A stretch of 40,951 bases of DNA from Phenylobacterium sp. SCN 69-14. GTDB lineage: Bacteria > Pseudomonadota > Alphaproteobacteria > Caulobacterales > Caulobacteraceae. The notes beneath the pieces were generated by a model, which saw only the letters and a list, made by a program, of their open reading frames with translations, had not been told where the DNA came from and searched no databases. The stretch lies in assembly GCA_001724985.1 (NCBI GenBank), contig MEEW01000003.1:1-40951 (forward strand), written 5' to 3'. Below are positions 38,402 through 40,951 of the stretch, piece after piece; the stretch's first letter is position 1, and each line of letters opens with the position of its first letter. The translations under genes were made by a program, and so were the position numbers.

Positions 38402-39112
38402 ATGTCCTTCGACGCCACCGTCCTGACCATGTTCCCCGAGGCCTATCCCGGCCCGCTCGGCGTCTCGCTGATCGGCACGGCCTGGCGCGAGCATGGCCTC
38501 TGGACTCTGGAAACAGTGGACATTCGCCAGTTTTCCAAGGATAAGCGCGGCTTCCTCGACGACACCCCCGCGGGTGGCGGTCCGGGGCAGGTCATGCGGG
38601 CGGACGTCATCGCAGCGGCGCTGGACAGCGTCGAGCGGCGGGGACGGCCGCTTTTGTACATGAGCGCACGGGGTCGGCCCCTGACCCAGGCGCGCGTGGC
38701 CGAGTGGGCGAAAGGCCCGGGACTGATCGTCCTGGCCGGCCGCTTCGAAGGGGTGGACCAGCGGGTGCTCGACGCCCGCGGGTTCGAGGAGATCAGCGTC
38801 GGAGACGCGGTCCTCGCCGGCGGCGAGGCGGCGTCCCTGGTGGCGATCGAAGCGTGCGTAAGGCTCGTGCCCGGCGTCCTCGGCCAGGCCGAAAGCCTCA
38901 GTGAAGAGAGTTTCGAGGACGGGCTCCTGGAGCATCCGCAGTACACCAGGCCGCGGGAGTTCGAGGGACTTGAGATACCGCCCGTGCTGCTCAGCGGCCA
39001 CCACGCCGATATCGGCAAGTGGCGCCGGGCCCAGCGCGAAGCGGCCACGCGGGAACGACGCCCGGACCTCTGGGCGGCCTATCTCGCCAATCAACAGGCA
39101 AAGGGCGAGTAA
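38402..39112 (+). CDS. trmD: tRNA (guanine37-N1)-methyltransferase
   Basis: [38 protein letters not shown]. Confidence 0.96.
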   Translation: MSFDATVLTMFPEAYPGPLGVSLIGTAWREHGLWTLETVDIRQFSKDKRGFLDDTPAGGGPGQVMRADVIAAALDSVERRGRPLLYMSARGRPLTQARVAEWAKGPGLIVLAGRFEGVDQRVLDARGFEEISVGDAVLAGGEAASLVAIEACVRLVPGVLGQAESLSEESFEDGLLEHPQYTRPREFEGLEIPPVLLSGHHADIGKWRRAQREAATRERRPDLWAAYLANQQAKGE

Positions 39113-39138
39113 AGCCCAGTAGGACAAGGACGACCGAC

Positions 39139-39534
39139 ATGAACATCATCCAGCAGCTCGAAAAAGAAGAGCTCGACCGCCTGGCCGCCGCCCGCCAGGT
39201 CCCGGACTTCCAGGCCGGCGACACCCTTCGCGTCAACGTGAAGATCAAGGAAGGCGACCGTGAGCGCGTGCAGGCCTACGAAGGCGTCTGCATCGGCCGT
39301 CAGGGCGGCGGCGTGAACGAGAGCTTCACCGTCCGCAAGATCTCCTTCGGCGAAGGCGTGGAACGCGTGTTCCCGCTCTACTCGCCGAACATCGACTCCA
39401 TCGAAGTCAAGCGCCGCGGCGTCGTGCGCCGCGCCAAGCTGTACTACCTGCGCGACCGTCGCGGTAAGTCGGCCCGCATCGCCGAGCGTCAGATGACCGC
39501 CAAGGAAGCCCCGCCCTCGACCACCGAAGGCTAG
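39139..39534 (+). CDS. rplS: 50S ribosomal protein L19
   Basis: [27 protein letters not shown]. Confidence 0.97.
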   Translation: MNIIQQLEKEELDRLAAARQVPDFQAGDTLRVNVKIKEGDRERVQAYEGVCIGRQGGGVNESFTVRKISFGEGVERVFPLYSPNIDSIEVKRRGVVRRAKLYYLRDRRGKSARIAERQMTAKEAPPSTTEG

Positions 39535-39564
39535 GCGCCCGCGTCCATTCCGGACCTATCGAAG

Positions 39565-39599
39565 CGGCGGCTGGAGTGATCCAGCCGCCGTTTTCGTTT
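39565..39599 (+). terminator. Rho-independent terminator after rplS
   Basis: 11-bp stem CGGCGGCTGGA/TCCAGCCGCCG, GTGA loop, then TTTTCGTTT. Confidence 0.85.
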
Positions 39600-39630
39600 G
39601 CCCGCCCCTTGCGCCTCGCGCTCCACCCAC

Positions 39631-39651
39631 TAACTCTTATCATAAGAGTTA
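39631..39651. promoter_or_regulatory. Perfect 10-1-10 palindrome TAACTCTTAT-C-ATAAGAGTTA, probable HxlR operator
   Basis: 17 bp upstream of the HxlR-family start codon. Confidence 0.75.
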
Positions 39652-39668
39652 CTCGGGAGCCCGCCCGC

Positions 39669-40157
39669 ATGCGCGCCAAGTCCTTCGCCGGAATGACCTG
39701 CTCGGTCGCAGGCGCCTTGGAGGCGATCGGCGACCGCTGGGCGGTGCTGCTGCTGCGCGACCTGGCGCTCGGCCTCTCGCGTTACGACGACCTGCAGGCG
39801 TCGACCGGCATGCCGACCACCACCCTTTCCACCCGGCTGAAACATCTGGAAGGCGCCGGCCTCGTCGCGCGGCGTCCCTACCAGGACAATCCACCCCGCT
39901 TCGAATACCGCCTCACCGAGAAGGGCCGCGACCTCTGGAAGGTGACGACGGCGCTGCGCGAGTGGGGCGATCGCTGGAACACCAACGGCCTGGGCGCTCC
40001 GACCATCGAGATGGTCGACGCCCGCAGCGGCCGCCCCGTGGTCCTCGCCCTGGTCGACGCCGAAACGGGCGAGCCGGTCCCCCGCGAACGCGCCCGCCTG
40101 CGCCCCGGACCCGCCGCCAGCCCGGATGTCAAAAGATTGCTTGGAGAAACCCGATGA
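39669..40157 (+). CDS. HxlR family winged-helix regulator
   Basis: CSVAGALEAIGDRW, LSTRLKHL, EYRLTEKG. Confidence 0.92.
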   Translation: MRAKSFAGMTCSVAGALEAIGDRWAVLLLRDLALGLSRYDDLQASTGMPTTTLSTRLKHLEGAGLVARRPYQDNPPRFEYRLTEKGRDLWKVTTALREWGDRWNTNGLGAPTIEMVDARSGRPVVLALVDAETGEPVPRERARLRPGPAASPDVKRLLGETR

Positions 40158-40735
40158 CCGAAGCCCTGACCCGCACGACCTTCTTCTTCGATTTCCGCAG
40201 CCCCTACAGCTACCTGGCCAGCACCCAGCTCGCCGACCTGCCCGGTGCGTTCACCTGGCGGCCGTTCGACGTGCTGGAGCTGATGAAGCGGGTCGGCAAC
40301 GCGCCCACCAGCGTGACCTGCAAGCCCAAGCAGGCCTACGCCCGCCAGGACCTCGCCCGCTGGGCCGGGCTCTATGGCGTCGGGCTCAGCCCCAATCCGG
40401 GCATGGGCGGCATAGACGGCCGGCGACTGCTGCACGCGGCCCTCGCCGCAGAGACCCACGGCAAGGGCGAAGAAGCCTCGCGCCGCCTGTTCGCCGCCAT
40501 GTGGGCGGGCGATGCGCCGCTGGCGACCAGCGACAACCTCTCCGCCCTGCTGGCCGATCTCGGCGTCACGCCGAGCCTCGTCGACGCCCCCGAGCGCGCC
40601 GCCGAACTTGAGGCCAACACCGCCGCGGCCGTCGAGGCGGGCGTCTTCGGCGCTCCCAGCTTCCTCACCGAGGGCGGGCTGCTGTTCTTCGGCAACGACC
40701 GCCTGGACTTCCTTCGCCGCGCGCTCGCGGCCTGA
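40154..40735 (+). CDS. 2-hydroxychromene-2-carboxylate isomerase / DsbA (GST-kappa) family protein
   Basis: FDFRSPYSYL, GVFGAPSF, FFGNDR. Confidence 0.9.
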   Translation: MTEALTRTTFFFDFRSPYSYLASTQLADLPGAFTWRPFDVLELMKRVGNAPTSVTCKPKQAYARQDLARWAGLYGVGLSPNPGMGGIDGRRLLHAALAAETHGKGEEASRRLFAAMWAGDAPLATSDNLSALLADLGVTPSLVDAPERAAELEANTAAAVEAGVFGAPSFLTEGGLLFFGNDRLDFLRRALAA

Positions 40736-40756
40736 TCCTCCCCGAAAGGAATCCGC

Positions 40757-40852
40757 ATGAAACCGCTCGCCATCGTCACCGGGGTCGGCCCCGGGACGGG
40801 ATCCTCGCTCGCCCGCAAGTTCGCCGCCGAGGGCTATCGCGTCGCCATGCTG
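40757..40852 (+). pseudogene. 5' fragment of an SDR oxidoreductase interrupted by an IS
   Basis: MKPLAIVTGVGPGTGSSLARKFAAEGYRVAML (Rossmann start) with AAAGGA RBS. The frame runs into IS sequence and stops at 40892-40894. Confidence 0.8.
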
Positions 40853-40951
40853 GAGCATTTTACGATCAGTCTGCATCGTATCCAGCGGCGGTGAAGTAGT
40901 TGGCGCATTCGTTGGGTGTGAAGGTGTCGATGATCTGGGCGATGGCCTTCC
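40853..40951 (-). mobile_element. End of an IS630-family insertion sequence (partial)
   Basis: Terminus GAGCATTTTACGATCA. Minus-strand transposase C-terminus at 40866-40949. Confidence 0.8.
40866..40951 (-). CDS. IS630-family transposase C-terminal fragment
   Basis: KAIAQIIDTFTPNECANYFTAAGYDAD*, matching the ECxNYFxxAGY ending typical of alphaproteobacterial IS630 transposases. Confidence 0.8.
   Translation of the reverse strand, partial: KAIAQIIDTFTPNECANYFTAAGYDAD

Overview
GC-rich alphaproteobacterial chromosome segment, most consistent with Caulobacteraceae (Phenylobacterium/Caulobacter-like: 228-aa FzlA, CIR-type intergenic repeat, CtrA-like box, class I LysRS). Bases 1-7865 are the right end of a genomic island bounded by a duplicated tRNA 3' end (probably tRNA-Leu). 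The island carries a partial ORF with an SSB-like DDEIPF tail, a 54-aa excisionase-like gene missing from the ORF track, an HTH/Zn-ribbon gene coupled to a tyrosine recombinase, a nitronate-monooxygenase-family gene and a type III restriction-modification operon. The most notable structure is a pair of 44-bp direct repeats exactly 1030 bp apart flanking the monooxygenase gene. Each repeat has a 10-6-10 inverted-arm core, contains the stop codon of the upstream gene and resembles a promoter for the downstream gene, which suggests a recombinase-driven gene-cassette system. The rest is mostly core genome: rnd-lptCAB, a heme peroxidase and WYL regulator, rpoN, queG, fzlA, redox and regulator genes, DNA ligase/exonuclease, an isolated phnD, lysS, and ffh-rpsP-rimM-(tesB)-trmD-rplS, with palindromic intergenic repeats. 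An IS630-family element interrupts an SDR gene at the right edge. All product calls come from motif recognition; no database searches were run.
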